The translations under genes and the position numbers were made by a program. A stretch of DNA of 64,000 nucleotides from Flavobacteriaceae bacterium (GTDB taxonomy: Bacteria > Bacteroidota > Bacteroidia > Flavobacteriales > Flavobacteriaceae). Of this stretch, positions 1 through 8,851 are shown in pieces; position 1 is the first letter of the stretch, and each line of letters begins with the position of its first letter. The notes under the pieces are model-generated. The model had not been told where the DNA came from and searched no databases. It saw only the letters and a list, made by a program, of their open reading frames with translations. The stretch lies in assembly GCA_017852075.1 (NCBI GenBank), contig JAFMLQ010000006.1, positions 297 through 64,296 of the forward strand, given 5' to 3'.

Positions 1-108
1 TTCCTCCTGAATGCATGCTCCACAACTCCCAGTGGTATCCTAGACCTTGCAGCTGCCCATGAGATCCTACTCCGGCAATTCCCCCCGCTTCTACTAAATC
101 TTTTACAA
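1..108 (-). ncRNA. Candidate 5' part of a structured non-coding RNA running off the left edge (identity unresolved; RNase P RNA is one possibility)
   Basis: Bases 1-100 are about 53% G+C in an otherwise AT-rich window. No frame gives a flavobacterial-looking protein: frame +1 is open but K/N-poor, and the minus frames lack a usable start. On the minus strand a near-consensus Bacteroidetes promoter (TTG-N16-TAATTTTTG, complement of 116-143) lies just upstream. The minus-strand read ends ...CAGGAGGAA at the edge, compatible with the GAGGAAAGUCC entry of RNase P RNA, but this cannot be confirmed from the visible part. Confidence 0.2.
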
Positions 109-266
109 AAATTAATCAGTCAGCGGCCTTCAAGTCTAAATGTGGTTACCCCCATTATTTTTAATCTCAAGCTTTGTGTTTAATCATCAAAACACGATCA
201 CTCACTTTTTATTTTCTTATTGAATAGAGCAACATTAGGACTAAGGGATGTGTTGGGTTGCATAAA

Positions 267-1421
267 TTAAACCCTTGTTTTTAGAAAGTCAGAAACTTGC
301 GAACAACTCAACTGCTCCATGATCTGCGTAAGTTGCTTTTTGAGCATTGCTATGGTATGGGTACCTCCTCTTTTACCCAAAGCAGAAACACCATACATAA
401 AAGTACGTCCCATAAAAGTAAATTCTGCACCATTTGCCAATACTCGTGCCACATCTGCTCCTCCACGAATTCCGCTATCCATCATAATTTTAATTTTACC
501 GCCGTATAGTGGAGCAATTGTTTTTAAGGAATCAATGGTAGCCTGCCCTACATCTACCTGACGTCCTCCATGATTGGAGATAATGACCCCATCCAATCCC
601 AATTGACAGGCTTTATCTACATCATGGACCGACTCTGCACCTTTAAGGATCAGTTTGCCTTTCCACAAATCGCGAAGTTTTTTGATTTTATCTTCATCCA
701 AACGCCCGGAAAAAGTGGCATCCATAAATTTTGCTAATTGACTGAGGTCTAAATTATTGGGCATATAGGGCTTTAGTGTTTCAAAATTGGGTTGCCCGTT
801 TAAGAGTGTTTTTAGTGCCCAGTCGGGGCGCTTTAAAACTTGAAATACATTATTTAAGGTCATTTTAGGAGGCATGGATAAACCATTTCTAATATCCCGC
901 GGACGGTATCCAAATGAAGGAACATCAGCAAGAATGACCAAAACTTCACACCCTGCAGATTCAGCTCTTTTCAAAAGGTCTCGGGTTACATTTTCCTCTG
1001 CAGGATGGTATAATTGAAACCAAGCGCGCCCTTCTGTGATCTCACAAATCCTTTCTATTGGGGCTGTGGTCACCGTACTCAAAACAAAGGGAATGTTGTG
1101 GTCAAAAGCTGCTTTAGCAAGTATTTCAGGAGACTTCGGCCACATTAACCCCTGAAGGCCCACAGGAGAAATCCCAAAAGGGGCATCATAGGTATGACCA
1201 AAAAGTGAAGTCTTTAAATTTGGTTCTCGATATGGAACCAAATAGTCGGGTTTAAGTTGAACAGCACGAATTTGTGCAGTGTTTCTTTTTAAATTAACAT
1301 CATCATTACAGCCTCCATCCAAATATTCAAAAGCAAATTTGGGAATCTTTGCTTGGGCTCTCTTTCTAAGATCGGGTACAGAAGGATACCTACTGTCTAT
1401 AAAATGAATGTCGTTTTTCAT
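267..1421 (-). CDS. FMN-dependent alpha-hydroxy-acid dehydrogenase/oxidase (L-lactate dehydrogenase LldD-like)
   Basis: The translation shows the KIPKFAFEYLDGG N-terminus and the SNHGGRQ and DSGIRGG motifs typical of the glycolate oxidase/LldD family. I chose the start at M13 (MKNDIHF, 1421) because the 1457 start would overlap fucP by 29 nt. It is the last gene of the fucose operon. Confidence 0.85.
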   Translation of the reverse strand: MKNDIHFIDSRYPSVPDLRKRAQAKIPKFAFEYLDGGCNDDVNLKRNTAQIRAVQLKPDYLVPYREPNLKTSLFGHTYDAPFGISPVGLQGLMWPKSPEILAKAAFDHNIPFVLSTVTTAPIERICEITEGRAWFQLYHPAEENVTRDLLKRAESAGCEVLVILADVPSFGYRPRDIRNGLSMPPKMTLNNVFQVLKRPDWALKTLLNGQPNFETLKPYMPNNLDLSQLAKFMDATFSGRLDEDKIKKLRDLWKGKLILKGAESVHDVDKACQLGLDGVIISNHGGRQVDVGQATIDSLKTIAPLYGGKIKIMMDSGIRGGADVARVLANGAEFTFMGRTFMYGVSALGKRGGTHTIAMLKKQLTQIMEQLSCSQVSDFLKTRV

Positions 1422-1428
1422 ATCTATT

Positions 1429-2721
1429 CTAATGAATTTTGAAGGTACGATAGCCATATAGCGTTACCATACAAAAACAAAGTAAAGGTAATCCGAAAGA
1501 TGCATTAATTGCTTTGAATGCTCCTACGGTCTCAAAATCAATTATCCACCCCTGCAAGGGAGGCATCAGAGCTCCCCCCACAATAGCCATGACCAGGCCC
1601 GCAGCACCCAAAGAGGTGTCTTCTTCTGTCAAACCTTCCAAAGCAACTCCATAAATTGTGGGAAACATCAAAGACATAAATGCGGAGGTAGCCACTAGAA
1701 AATAAAGACCCATAATATTATCAAAAAAGATTACCCCTAGGATGGAGAGTATCCCTCCCAGCCCAAAAAGCATAAGGAGCTTTCTTGAGTTGATAGATTT
1801 CATCAAAAAGGTACTTACAAATCGACTACTCAAGAAAATTCCCATCGCAGCGATATTGTAATTCTGTGCTGTTGCCTTTGTTATTCCCAAGGAATCTGCA
1901 TACTGAATAATAAAGGTCCAACACATGATTTGCGCCCCTACGTAAAACATTTGAGCGACTACACCCTCCCTGTAGATCGGGTTTTTTATCAATCGATTAA
2001 AGGTTTCACTGGCAGTAGAAGTAGTAGTTGTTGCTCCCACATTTGGCATTTTTGTCATGCCAATAAGTAGAAACATTGCAATAACTACAAAACCTAAGAT
2101 TACGTAAGGTGTACTTATTACTCCGAGATCATGAGTTTTGATGGCTGCTTTTTGTGCAAAATCCAATGAGTCGAAAAGCAGGTTTCCTTCAGTATCTCGT
2201 TGATCTGACTGCAGGTGGGAAAGGATAAAGTTGGAAGCGATAAACATCCCCAAAAGGGAGCCAAAAGGGTTAAACGCTTGTGCTAAATTAAGTCTTCGGG
2301 TGGCCGTTTTTGGATCTCCCATAGACATGATAAAAGGACTGGCGGTGGTTTCTAAAAATGCCAAACCAAATGTCAAAACATACAACGAAACAAGAAAAAA
2401 ACTAAACGCTTCGTTTTGGGCCGCTGGATAGAAAAGAAGCGTGCCAAAGGCATATAAACCTAATCCTAGAAGAATTCCTTTCTTGTAACTGTATTTCCGA
2501 ACAAAAAGTGCTGCAGGAATAGCCATAGTGGCATAACCTCCGTAAAAGGCTAACTGAACCCAGGCAGCTTTTGCATTGGAAAGTTCCATCAAAGTCCCAA
2601 ACGCAGCTACCATTGGATTGGTTATATCATTGGCAAAACCCCAAAGGGCAAAAAGTGAAGTAATCATTACAAAGGGTAAGAGTACCTCTTTGGAGACTAA
2701 GGGTGTCGTTGTTTTTTTCAA
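1429..2721 (-). CDS. fucP: L-fucose:H+ symporter permease (MFS)
   Basis: 430 aa and 12-TM-like. The N-terminal LFALWGFANDITNPMV and AFYGGY motifs resemble the E. coli FucP family. It sits inside a fucose-catabolic cluster. Confidence 0.8.
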   Translation of the reverse strand: MKKTTTPLVSKEVLLPFVMITSLFALWGFANDITNPMVAAFGTLMELSNAKAAWVQLAFYGGYATMAIPAALFVRKYSYKKGILLGLGLYAFGTLLFYPAAQNEAFSFFLVSLYVLTFGLAFLETTASPFIMSMGDPKTATRRLNLAQAFNPFGSLLGMFIASNFILSHLQSDQRDTEGNLLFDSLDFAQKAAIKTHDLGVISTPYVILGFVVIAMFLLIGMTKMPNVGATTTTSTASETFNRLIKNPIYREGVVAQMFYVGAQIMCWTFIIQYADSLGITKATAQNYNIAAMGIFLSSRFVSTFLMKSINSRKLLMLFGLGGILSILGVIFFDNIMGLYFLVATSAFMSLMFPTIYGVALEGLTEEDTSLGAAGLVMAIVGGALMPPLQGWIIDFETVGAFKAINASFGLPLLCFCMVTLYGYRTFKIH

Positions 2722-2728
2722 AAGACTG

Positions 2729-3082
2729 TCAATTAGTATTTAAATCAAAAATTTTATCCATCAAAACCCATTTGGTTCCAAAAGGGGTGCCTGGAAGAGC
2801 TTGTTGATACTCCCACATCAACAGTTCCCACTGTTGTACTTTTGGGTTTTCGGCATCACTTTTAGCTTTTTTCTCCAAAGAAAATTGAGCATTTGCTTCT
2901 ATCGTCATAAACAAACGAGTTCCTGTATGGTAAATTTCTGCATTTTCAATTCCAGCCTCTCTTATGCTATTTAAAATTTCAGGCCAAACCTTCTTGTGGT
3001 GTGCTATATACGCATTGATTTTTTCAGTATCGTCTTTAAGATCTAAAGCAAAACAGTATTTTTTTAATTGATCAACTTTCAT
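2729..3082 (-). CDS. L-rhamnose mutarotase-family protein (probable L-fucose mutarotase here)
   Basis: 117 aa with a RhaM-like dimeric alpha-beta barrel pattern (HHKKVWPEIL, NAEIYHTGTRLFM). It lies next to fucP. Confidence 0.7.
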   Translation of the reverse strand: MKVDQLKKYCFALDLKDDTEKINAYIAHHKKVWPEILNSIREAGIENAEIYHTGTRLFMTIEANAQFSLEKKAKSDAENPKVQQWELLMWEYQQALPGTPFGTKWVLMDKIFDLNTN

Positions 3083-3086
3083 AAAC

Positions 3087-3872
3087 TCATTTAGTTAGTG
3101 CTCGGTCCAAATGTGTGTATCCTCCATCTACGTAAATCAACTGCCCTGTAGTATGGCTCGACTTCTGTGAAAGTAAAAACGCAACCGTATTGGCAATTTC
3201 TTCTTTGGTCGTCATTCGGTTTTCCAGAGGAATTCGATCCGTGATGGCCTTTAGCTTTTCTTCAGGATTTTCAAAAGTTTTGATCCACTTTTCGTATAAA
3301 GGAGTGTAGCATTCCGCCACGATAACACTGTTCACACGAATTGCATAAGGAAGCAACTCGACCGCCCATTCTTTGGTAAGAGCATCTCTACCCCCGTTTG
3401 CAGCAGCATAACCTGAAGTACCTCCCTGACCTGTGGTTGCTATTTTGGAACCAATATTTACAATCGCTCCTTTGTTTTTCTTAAGCTCTGGGAGCACCAA
3501 TTGTGCCATGGTATAATAATGCACCACGTTCTTTGTTATTGATTGAATAAAATCGGCATTGGTGCCATTTTCCAATCCCACCCCGTCGTTCACTCCTGCA
3601 TTATTGACCAATCCGTGAATCGTTCCAAAATCTTCAATAATTTTTTTTACGGCTTGTTCACATTGAAAAGGATCTGTAAGTTCTGCAAAGGCGTGCCCCA
3701 CTTGAACCCCTTTTTTTGAATAAGCCGAAATCACTTGATTTATCTGCTTTCGATCACGACCTACAATAACAGGAAGAGCACCTTCTTGGGACAACACTTC
3801 TACAATTCCAGCACCTATCCCCTTGGAACCTCCTGTTACAACAATTACTTTTTTAATTAAATCTAAATTCAT
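3087..3872 (-). CDS. SDR-family oxidoreductase (candidate L-fucose 1-dehydrogenase or 2-keto-3-deoxy-L-fuconate dehydrogenase)
   Basis: Contains the TGGSKGIG Rossmann motif, NNAG, and a classical SDR length of 261 aa. Its start overlaps the upstream stop as TAATG. Confidence 0.8.
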   Translation of the reverse strand: MNLDLIKKVIVVTGGSKGIGAGIVEVLSQEGALPVIVGRDRKQINQVISAYSKKGVQVGHAFAELTDPFQCEQAVKKIIEDFGTIHGLVNNAGVNDGVGLENGTNADFIQSITKNVVHYYTMAQLVLPELKKNKGAIVNIGSKIATTGQGGTSGYAAANGGRDALTKEWAVELLPYAIRVNSVIVAECYTPLYEKWIKTFENPEEKLKAITDRIPLENRMTTKEEIANTVAFLLSQKSSHTTGQLIYVDGGYTHLDRALTK

Positions 3873-4705
3873 TAAGCTGTTTTTAAATTGTAAAAAGAGA
3901 TTGCATTTTTTGCCAGAATCTTATCCTTCTCACTTTGACTGTAGGAGTTTATATAATGCAACACAATACCAAGAACTTTTTGGTATTCAGCTGCCAGTAA
4001 ACACACAGGCCAATCTGAACCAAACATCACTCGGTCTGGTCCGAAATGCTCAAAAACCACATCCATAAAAGGGGCGAAGTCTTCCGCATTAAATTGATAT
4101 TCTTTTGTTTCAGTAACCATTCCTGATAATTTACAAAAAACATTTTGGTTTTCAGACAATCGCGCGATTTGAGTCAACCAATGTTTGGATAGGGGTTCTG
4201 AAAAGAAGGGTTTTGCAAGATGGTCTAAAACAAATTTTTGCTCTGGAAATTGGTTTGCCAAAGTTACTGCAGCAGGGAGTTGATGAGGATATACCAAAAG
4301 ATCAAAGGTCAAATTGTATTTCAAAAGCTTACCGATTCCACGCTGCACCTCCTCGCGAAGTAAGTAGTCTTCTTTCTCAGCTTGTACGATATGTCGCACT
4401 CCTTTGAAGAGTGGGTTTTTAGAAAAATGGGCTAAGCGCTCTTCTAGATTTGAAGCGCAAAGATCTACCCATCCAACCACTCCTTTAATAAAGGGGTTGA
4501 CTGCTGCACACAAAAGTAGAAATTCAGTTTCATTTTCTGACTGGTCGGCTTGAATGGCAATACAGCCACTGACTTCATTTTCTTTTAAAATAGGTGCTAA
4601 ATCTTCGGGGAGAAAATTGCGCTTTAATACTCCCATAGTTTCATCAATCCAGGCATCCCTTACAGGGTTATACTTCCAAAAATGCTGATGACTATCAATG
4701 ATCAT
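3872..4705 (-). CDS. Amidohydrolase_2 (cog3618-type) lactonase, candidate L-fucono-1,5-lactonase
   Basis: The N-terminal IIDSHQHFW metal motif and the 277 aa length match the amidohydrolase_2 family that includes the characterised L-fuconolactonase. ATGA overlap with the upstream gene. Confidence 0.75.
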   Translation of the reverse strand: MIIDSHQHFWKYNPVRDAWIDETMGVLKRNFLPEDLAPILKENEVSGCIAIQADQSENETEFLLLCAAVNPFIKGVVGWVDLCASNLEERLAHFSKNPLFKGVRHIVQAEKEDYLLREEVQRGIGKLLKYNLTFDLLVYPHQLPAAVTLANQFPEQKFVLDHLAKPFFSEPLSKHWLTQIARLSENQNVFCKLSGMVTETKEYQFNAEDFAPFMDVVFEHFGPDRVMFGSDWPVCLLAAEYQKVLGIVLHYINSYSQSEKDKILAKNAISFYNLKTA

Positions 4706-5556
4706 TGGTATGCTTTACAAATCTGTTTCGAGATTCCAAGACCTTCGATTCCAAGTTCTACTTCATCTCCTTCTTTTAAATATCGAGGTGGAGTCAATCC
4801 TAGGCCTACTCCAAAGGGGGTTCCTGTGGAAATTACATCTCCAGGAAGTAAAGTCATAAATTGACTGATATGGCTAACTACCTCTTGAACGTTAAAGATA
4901 AAGTCTGAAGTGTTGCTGTTTTGCATCATTTTTCCATTCAATTTTAACCATAAGTCAAGGGCATTAGGATCTTTAATTTCATCTGTTGTAGCTATAAATG
5001 GGCCCAACGGTGCAAACGAATCGCAACTCTTTCCTTTCACCCACTGGCCTGAGCGCTCCAATTGGAAGGCGCGTTCACTCACATCGTTGTGAAGGACATA
5101 TCCGGCCACGTGATTTAGCGCCTCTTTTTCAGAAACATAGGAAGCTTTTTTACCAATGACCAAAGCGAGTTCTACCTCCCAATCCGTTTTTGTACTTTCT
5201 TTCGGAATAATGATGGGGTCATAGGGACCCACTATGGCAGAACTGGCTTTAAAAAAAAGTACGGGTTCCTCTGGAGCTGCCATACCGCTTTCTTCAGCAT
5301 GTTTGGCATAGTTGAGGCCTACACATACTATTTTTGAAGGTCTTGCTAAAGGTGCACCTAGACGAACATTGTTTCCCACAACAGGACAGGAATCTTGGTG
5401 GGTTTCCAACCATTGAGACAGCTTTTCTATACCCTCGGTACCAAAGAAATTTTCGTCATATTCGGAAACAAAAGCGGATACGTCCAACCTTGTTCCATCT
5501 TTGAGTTGAATACCTGGTTTTTCATTTTCAGGAGTGCCAAATCGGATGAGTTTCAT
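4702..5556 (-). CDS. Fumarylacetoacetate hydrolase-family protein (candidate 2,4-diketo-3-deoxy-L-fuconate hydrolase)
   Basis: 284 aa with the FAH fold signature (VCVGLNYAKHAEE, DWEVELA, GTPFGVG). Operon context supports the assignment. Confidence 0.75.
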   Translation of the reverse strand: MKLIRFGTPENEKPGIQLKDGTRLDVSAFVSEYDENFFGTEGIEKLSQWLETHQDSCPVVGNNVRLGAPLARPSKIVCVGLNYAKHAEESGMAAPEEPVLFFKASSAIVGPYDPIIIPKESTKTDWEVELALVIGKKASYVSEKEALNHVAGYVLHNDVSERAFQLERSGQWVKGKSCDSFAPLGPFIATTDEIKDPNALDLWLKLNGKMMQNSNTSDFIFNVQEVVSHISQFMTLLPGDVISTGTPFGVGLGLTPPRYLKEGDEVELGIEGLGISKQICKAYQ

Positions 5557-5560
5557 AGTT

Positions 5561-6346
5561 TTATTTTGAATTGAGTTTTATAAAACCTCCATCAATTGCA
5601 AAATCAGATCCTGTAATAAAGCGCGCTTCATCAGAGCTCAAATACAAGGCCAAATCTGCAATTTCTTGAGGAGTTCCCATACGCCCTATGGGTTGGGTTT
5701 TGGATAGTTTTTCAAACATTTGTTGTTCTTCCCCTGGATAATTTTTCTTGATAAAACCGTCTACAAAAGGGGTGTGTACTCGTGCAGGAGAAATCGAATT
5801 ACTTCGGATGTTATTTTGAATATAATCTTTAGCAATGGAATACGTCATGGACAACACCGCCCCTTTGGTCATAGAATACGCAAAACGATCGCTGATCCCA
5901 ACACTAGAGGCAATTGAGGCAAGGTTGATGATGACTCCTTCATTATTTTCTTTCATGAAGGGAATGACTGCTTTGGAACAGTTAAAAACTCCTTTGATAT
6001 TTATTTGATAGAGACGGTCCAGATCGGCTTCTTCACAGGCTTCGATATTCCCTACATGAGCAATTCCTGCATTGTTGATCAAAATCCCAATGCTTGCTGT
6101 TTTGGAAATAGTCTCCACAACTCCGACAACTTGGTGATAATCAGAAACATCACAAAAGTGTGCTTGAGCAAAAAATCCCTGTTCTTTAATCTCTTCTACT
6201 GTTTGGATTGCAGGATCTCGATTTATATCCAAAATATGAACCTGAGCGCCTTGAGCTGCAAAGGTGGTAGCCACCGCTTTACCGATACCGCTTCCCCCTC
6301 CTGTGATAAGTGCCGTTTTATGTTGAAGTGAAAATTTAGTTTTCAT
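5561..6346 (-). CDS. SDR-family oxidoreductase (second dehydrogenase of the fucose pathway)
   Basis: Contains TGGGSGIG, NNAG and a YSMTK (YxxxK) catalytic motif; 261 aa. Confidence 0.8.
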   Translation of the reverse strand: MKTKFSLQHKTALITGGGSGIGKAVATTFAAQGAQVHILDINRDPAIQTVEEIKEQGFFAQAHFCDVSDYHQVVGVVETISKTASIGILINNAGIAHVGNIEACEEADLDRLYQINIKGVFNCSKAVIPFMKENNEGVIINLASIASSVGISDRFAYSMTKGAVLSMTYSIAKDYIQNNIRSNSISPARVHTPFVDGFIKKNYPGEEQQMFEKLSKTQPIGRMGTPQEIADLALYLSSDEARFITGSDFAIDGGFIKLNSK

Positions 6347-6356
6347 GGTGTTTTAT

Positions 6357-8021
6357 TTATAATGACATGCCTCTTTTCCATGGAATGAAATCATTCTGTC
6401 CCAGTCTTCTGGCGTGGACTTCTTTTCGTCCACTTGCCACGTCAATAATATAATTTAAAAGTTCTTCTCCACAAGCTTCGATGGTGGCCTTACCTTCAAT
6501 TACTGTTCCTGAATTAAAATCAATAATATCCTTCATTTTATTATAAAGGTGGGTATTTGAAGCCACTTTTACAACTGGAACTGCGGGGTTTCCTGTAGGT
6601 GTCCCTAATCCAGTAGTAAACAAAATTAAGTTGGCCCCAGATCCTGCCAAAGCTGTAGTGGACTCTACATCGTTACCTGGAGTACATAATAGATTGAGTC
6701 CTGGATGAACCACTTGTTCGGTATAATCTAAAACATCTACTATGGGGGATGTCCCTCCTTTTTTGGCGGCTCCTGCAGATTTGATGGCATCTGTAATCAA
6801 ACCATCTTTGATGTTGCCTGGAGAGGGATTAGAATCAAAACCTGCACCTAGAGCCGAGGCCTTGGTGTTGTATTCACGCATTAACTTTTCAAATTTTTGA
6901 GCTTTTTCCAAGGTGTTGCAACGGTTTACTAATTCCTGTTCTACTCCATTGAGCTCTGGAAACTCAGACAAGACTGCAGCACCTCCCTGTCCTACAATAA
7001 TATCCGAAACAAAACCCAATACGGGGTTTGCAGAAATCCCAGAAAAACCATCTGACCCACCACACTCTAGACCTATAGTCAATTTACTCAAAGGAGCAGG
7101 TGCTCGATGCACTTGGTTTGCCTTGATTAGTCCTACAAAAGTTTTCTTTATGCAAGCTGCTAGGTACTCAGGCTCCGAGGTGCTTTGTTGTTGTTCCATA
7201 AAAAAAACAGGCTTTTGGAGCTCAGGAGTAATTCGCTTTAGTGCTCGTTCCAAAATGCTGATTTGGGCGTGTTGACATCCCAAGCTCAAAACGGTGGCTC
7301 CTGCCACATTGGGATTATTGATATATCCTGCCAGTAAGCTGCATAGCGCTACAGCATCTGATGTAGCACCGCCACAACCTCCATCATGTGTTAAAAAGTA
7401 AATCCCATCCACATTGGGAAACAAAGGGTTTTTTATGCTTTGCTTTTTGGCGGTCAGTAGTTCTTGGCCAAGTAATTCTTCTTGAGTTGCTCCTGCTTTA
7501 TATTTGGCAATTAATGAATCTAAGTCAAATACCTTTTGGGCTGTATTCCCATAACCCAAATCTTCTAGTAAGCTATTTTTTAATTCTTCTATGTTTCTAT
7601 TTTGGCAAAAAACTAATGGAATTACTAACCAATTGTTTTCTGTCCCTACCTTCCCATCAGGTCGATGATATCCCAAAAAATTTTTTTTAGTGTACTTTTC
7701 AATCAATGGTGCGGACCACTCTTGTTTTTCTACTTTTACAGGCACTTGGTAGGCTTCTGTGTCATGAGTGAGGTTGTGGGTATGAATCGCTTCTCCTTTC
7801 GCAATGTTTTTGGTGGCACGCCCTACCACAACTCCGTAGAGTAAGACTTCTTCTCCTGAGTTAAAATCTTTAAGTGCAAATTTATGCTTTGCTAAGACAG
7901 CTGTTTTTAACTGAAAAATGTCCTTTCCGTGTGTAATCTTTTCTCCCTCTTGCAAATCTACGAGTGCAACCATAAGGTTGTCTAAGGGATGAATTTTTAA
8001 TGTTTGGGTTTTTGTTTCCAT
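6357..8021 (-). CDS. UxaA/altronate dehydratase-family sugar-acid dehydratase (candidate L-fuconate dehydratase)
   Basis: 554 aa with an N-terminal SAF-like segment followed by the Cys-containing UxaA core (HDGGCGG, LGCQHAQ, GLECGGSDG). It is the first gene of the operon. Confidence 0.75.
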   Translation of the reverse strand: METKTQTLKIHPLDNLMVALVDLQEGEKITHGKDIFQLKTAVLAKHKFALKDFNSGEEVLLYGVVVGRATKNIAKGEAIHTHNLTHDTEAYQVPVKVEKQEWSAPLIEKYTKKNFLGYHRPDGKVGTENNWLVIPLVFCQNRNIEELKNSLLEDLGYGNTAQKVFDLDSLIAKYKAGATQEELLGQELLTAKKQSIKNPLFPNVDGIYFLTHDGGCGGATSDAVALCSLLAGYINNPNVAGATVLSLGCQHAQISILERALKRITPELQKPVFFMEQQQSTSEPEYLAACIKKTFVGLIKANQVHRAPAPLSKLTIGLECGGSDGFSGISANPVLGFVSDIIVGQGGAAVLSEFPELNGVEQELVNRCNTLEKAQKFEKLMREYNTKASALGAGFDSNPSPGNIKDGLITDAIKSAGAAKKGGTSPIVDVLDYTEQVVHPGLNLLCTPGNDVESTTALAGSGANLILFTTGLGTPTGNPAVPVVKVASNTHLYNKMKDIIDFNSGTVIEGKATIEACGEELLNYIIDVASGRKEVHARRLGQNDFIPWKRGMSL

Positions 8022-8045
8022 TAGTATACCATTAAAAGTAAGATT

Positions 8046-8060
8046 ATTCTTAAAAAGAAT
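8046..8060. promoter_or_regulatory. Inverted repeat ATTCTT-N3-AAGAAT in the fucose-operon upstream region (possible operator, or terminator of the GNAT gene)
   Basis: Read directly from the sequence. It lies 25-39 nt upstream of the 8021 start codon and next to a near-consensus -7 box (TACTTTTA on the minus strand). Confidence 0.2.
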
Positions 8061-8136
8061 CTATGATGAAGTATATTTTAATTAATCAATTTCAATTGAA
8101 TGTTTTCCAAAAGAGAACCAAAAATCTAAGGCTTAA

Positions 8137-8628
8137 CTAAGGCATTCCTTGTTCTGTATTGAGGCGCATGGTAATCGTCTCAAAATGAAAACCTGCTTTT
8201 TTATAAGCTTTTATTGCACTTTCATTGGGTGCATATACGTCCAGTTGAAACTCTGAGAGCCCCCGTTCCCTCCCCCATTCAAAAAGGTAATTCAATATTT
8301 TATTGTTGAGACCACTACCACGGTATTCGGGAACTACGTACATGAATCCTAAAAAAACAAATCGGGCGGGATTTTTATACGCCTTATTTTTTCGAATCAA
8401 GGCATAGCCTGATGCAATCAGCTTATTTTTATCTTCTGCTACAACCAAAGAAATATCAGGGTTTTGTATGTAAGACTCTAAATCATAATAGTGGAAATCT
8501 GTTTTTTTTAAATTGGGAGTGAATGCCTTTTCATAAGCAATTAAAGCTTTTTCAAATTCCAATAAAGTAGTTAGATCTTCAGGTGTAGCTTCTCTTAGTC
8601 GTATCAAGTTAAAAAGTTTAGTACTCAA
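8137..8628 (-). CDS. GNAT-family N-acetyltransferase
   Basis: 163 aa with the acetyl-CoA pocket pattern (VVPEYRGSGLNNKIL) and a C-terminal AIKAYKKAGF. Confidence 0.8.
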   Translation of the reverse strand: MSTKLFNLIRLREATPEDLTTLLEFEKALIAYEKAFTPNLKKTDFHYYDLESYIQNPDISLVVAEDKNKLIASGYALIRKNKAYKNPARFVFLGFMYVVPEYRGSGLNNKILNYLFEWGRERGLSEFQLDVYAPNESAIKAYKKAGFHFETITMRLNTEQGMP

Positions 8629-8703
8629 AGATAAAATTACTGAGGGAAGGTTAAACAGCTAACTCTGTTTTTATATATTTACACCAACTTAAAAACAATT
8701 TCG

Positions 8704-8793
8704 ATGACTCCAGGTGGTGTAGCAGTAGTAGTAATAATTACAATGGTTGGGGTGCTTATTGCACTTTTTGGTGACATGCTCAAAACCAAATAA
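8704..8793 (+). CDS. Possible 29-aa hydrophobic micro-protein (MTPGGVAVVVIITMVGVLIALFGDMLKTK)
   Basis: An ATG-to-TAA ORF below the track cutoff. It has a single TM-like core with a charged tail, and a near-consensus -7-like box (TATATTTA) about 25 nt upstream. There is no homology evidence. Confidence 0.25.
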   Translation: MTPGGVAVVVIITMVGVLIALFGDMLKTK

Positions 8794-8851
8794 AGAAGTT
8801 TTAATCCTTTTCACCCTTCAAAATTGGAGAGTAAAACCCCTCTATTGCTTT

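Noticed and set aside
1-108. Left-edge GC-rich block considered as tmRNA or SRP RNA
   Set aside because: The minus-strand read lacks the conserved tmRNA 5' elements (GGGGxUGA followed by the UUYGAC D-loop analogue at the right spacing). It also lacks the SRP GGAAGGAAGCAGC helix-8 motif. The plus strand has no T-loop or CCA-type 3' end. Only an unspecific 'structured RNA' call is kept.
8137-8628. GNAT as the toxin of a GNAT/RHH toxin-antitoxin pair
   Set aside because: There is no overlapping or adjacent small RHH/DUF1778-type gene. The nearest upstream same-strand ORF is 223 nt away and is a zinc-ribbon type. The sequence looks like an ordinary acetyltransferase.
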